Below are positions 30,333-32,000 of a stretch of DNA of 32,000 bases, piece by piece. The position numbers were made by a program, and so were the translations under genes. The DNA comes from Trichodesmium erythraeum IMS101. GTDB taxonomy: Bacteria > Cyanobacteriota > Cyanobacteriia > Cyanobacteriales > Microcoleaceae. The stretch spans positions 30,001 to 62,000 of the forward strand of contig NC_008312.1 of assembly GCF_000014265.1 (NCBI RefSeq), written 5' to 3'. The notes beneath the pieces are model-generated. The model ran no database searches and was not told the DNA's origin. It worked only from the letters and a program-made list of their open reading frames with translations. Numbering within the stretch: position 1 is the first letter of the stretch; each line of letters begins with the position of its first letter.

Positions 30333-31289
30333 GGGGACATTTTCTATAATAGGTTACTTCTAAAAGTGTAGCTTAAGTTTATGAAATTAGTATTAGATAA
30401 ACATTTATGACCATCATTAAAAATTCCCAGTGTACTGCTGCACGGATAATTCACCATTAATTACGAAAAAAAGTTATTATAGAATTAGTAGAAGCAGGGG
30501 GTCACCAATTACTATTTTTGCCAAAATACTCTCCTGATTTAAATGACTAAGAACATGATTTTAGTGCATTAAAAAGAGCTAGAATGTATTCACCTATCAA
30601 TACATCTCTTGATAAAATTATTCGTAATTATTGCGCCAGATAGTGTCTCATTCTTATTTAAAAGAACTATATCTGAAGCATTAAACTTTCTAAACCATGA
30701 AATAATACTTAGTTTTTCCATTCGCTTTCTAAACTGCTGAGTTACATTTAATAATTATTTGTTTTCATGGCATAATTTTTTATGAAAAGATCATTTTTAC
30801 TGCCAAGGCTATTTTAATTTCAAGGCTATTTTAATTTCTTTGAGCTCTTTTTTTTGATTAATAAAATCATCTAGTTCATCTATAATTTTCCTTTGTTTTC
30901 TTTTTCTTATACCTGTTATTTTTACTATTATATCTGTTGCAACCAATATGGGATTGCTATATTTTTATGGGACCAAAATGTCTTGCATAAAAGGTTAAAA
31001 AATAATGTTACAAATAATCAGGGGGATAAATCAAGAGGACTTAATCAGATTTCCCTTTCACTAAAAAAGGATATTCAAACCTTTATGATGATTTTTAATG
31101 CTAGGGGAGAAAAAATAATGCTTAACCTGGATGAAACTTCAATTATTAAGAATTAACACTCTACTAATAGCTTTTTTTAATAATTAGTATCCCAAAAGAA
31201 TGTTGATTTTATAAATATTGTACGGGTTACCCTTACTGAAGAAAATGTAACAAATATTGGCGTTGCTGAATTATGGAATGAATCTGATT

Positions 31290-31965
31290 GAAACGGAAAC
31301 ATCCTGAAAATGTAGCTAGTGAATCAACAACCAAATATCATACCCCTGCATGTCCAGAGATTTAAAATAATATAATGTTTTTCGGTACAATCAGGCCAAG
31401 TAGTGTCGCAAACGCATATTTTCCCCTTCCACTCTAGTCCTGTAGGTCTTGATCAAGATTTGGTCTCGATCAGGAATAAACTGAGGGTAGACTTTATAGC
31501 GATCTTTGAGATAGAACAAGCAAGGCCATTGTCCAACTCTTGACCATAGGGAAGGGTCGGTTCAGTCACTATAGCCACCCAGCACCCAATCCAAAATTCC
31601 AGCCTTAAAATGGTTTATAGCCATCCAAACCCAGACTTTTTTTTTGAGCCTACAAAAGTTTGTAGTTCATCGAGTTCTCCTAGCTCTGGAACTGTGCCTT
31701 GTTCATAAGCATCAGGTAACTGATTACCCATCTGCAGTACTCAGCCAATCACAGTAGTGTGATATACCTTTGTGATTTCCTAAATCCCTCGAAAGCTCAT
31801 GCCATTCACAGATATCTTCAGGCAAGTTCGACCAACTTCATCGCTTTAACTTTTGTGAAGCTTAGGGTTGCCTACAAACTGGCAAGAAAAACTGACACAG
31901 ATATGATTTTTGTTTACCTGGTCTAATGCCATTTGGTATTCTGGACTTTATTGTATAGGAGAATC
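31290..31965 (-). pseudogene. Degenerate IS1-family transposase (InsA-InsB type)
   Basis: Minus-strand fragments: CPEYQ...SCQFVGNP (InsA zinc-finger-like), ELDELQTFVGSKKK-VWVWMAINHFKAGILDWVLGG, and KTYRTRVEGENMRLRHYLA*LYRKTLYYFKS (IS1 InsB signature ...RLRHYLARL.RKTL.FSKS). Several stops and frame changes. Confidence 0.55.
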
Positions 31966-32000
31966 TTGAATCATTTACTCTTATATTTTGTGATTCATCC

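Larger units (their letters stand above)
29249..30393 (-). mobile_element. IS630-family element C, copy 2 (inverted, identical to 24495-25639)
   Basis: It interrupts element B between GAACAATGGTTA and TAGATAAACATTTATGACCATCATTAAAA (TA target). Its sequence is the reverse complement of copy 1 over 1145 bp. Confidence 0.9.
28572..30669 (+). mobile_element. Degenerate IS630 element B, copy 3, inserted in element A copy 2 and itself split by element C
   Basis: TAGTCGTTTTAATTAAG... to ...AAAAGAACTA, flanked by TA/TA (28570-28571, 30670-30671). The host flanks rejoin to the element A sequence CCCTTGATACTGAAGCC. Confidence 0.85.
27728..30961 (-). mobile_element. Degenerate IS630 element A, copy 2, split by nested insertions
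   Basis: Ends are TATAGCAATCC (27728) and GGATTGCTATA (ending 30961). 27728-28571 and 30670-30961 are collinear with 1424-2540 but carry many indels. ORF 27894-28106 is a transposase remnant (AIFWDG.TY.N). Confidence 0.85.

Noticed and set aside
30893-31156. ORF 30893-31156 (+), 87 aa
   Set aside because: It spans the right terminal repeat of degenerate element A and the flanking 96-bp repeat, so it is a chance ORF.

Overview
AT-rich (about one third GC by eye) cyanobacterial chromosome segment. Evidence for cyanobacteria: seven exact HIP1 octamers GCGATCGC (4980, 7088, 9970, 17125, 22260, 26336, plus near-matches), a Psb32-type gene, and a cyanobacterial-style TopA. Coding density is very low. 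Intact housekeeping genes cover only about a quarter of the window: ilvD 3' end, an FHA-domain class A PBP, a TPR-sulfotransferase, topA, a small HTH protein, psb32 and a DUF4346-like gene. The rest is transposon debris, decaying glycan-modification genes and large tandem-repeat arrays. This pattern resembles Trichodesmium-type genomes, but that is inference only. At least five IS630-family lineages are present (A-E): one intact, one represented by two identical frameshift-dependent copies, the others degenerate. One locus is a three-level nested insertion. IS5-like and IS1-family remnants are also present. The most unusual items are: (i) a 5 x ~285 bp tandem array (8378-9767) in which each unit carries a conserved small hydrophobic ORF followed by a length-variable poly-T tract; (ii) a ~2.5 kb satellite made of serial decaying copies of the last ~330 bp of a methyltransferase-domain pseudogene; (iii) two identical inverted IS copies bracketing psb32. 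No rRNA, tRNA or CRISPR array was recognised.
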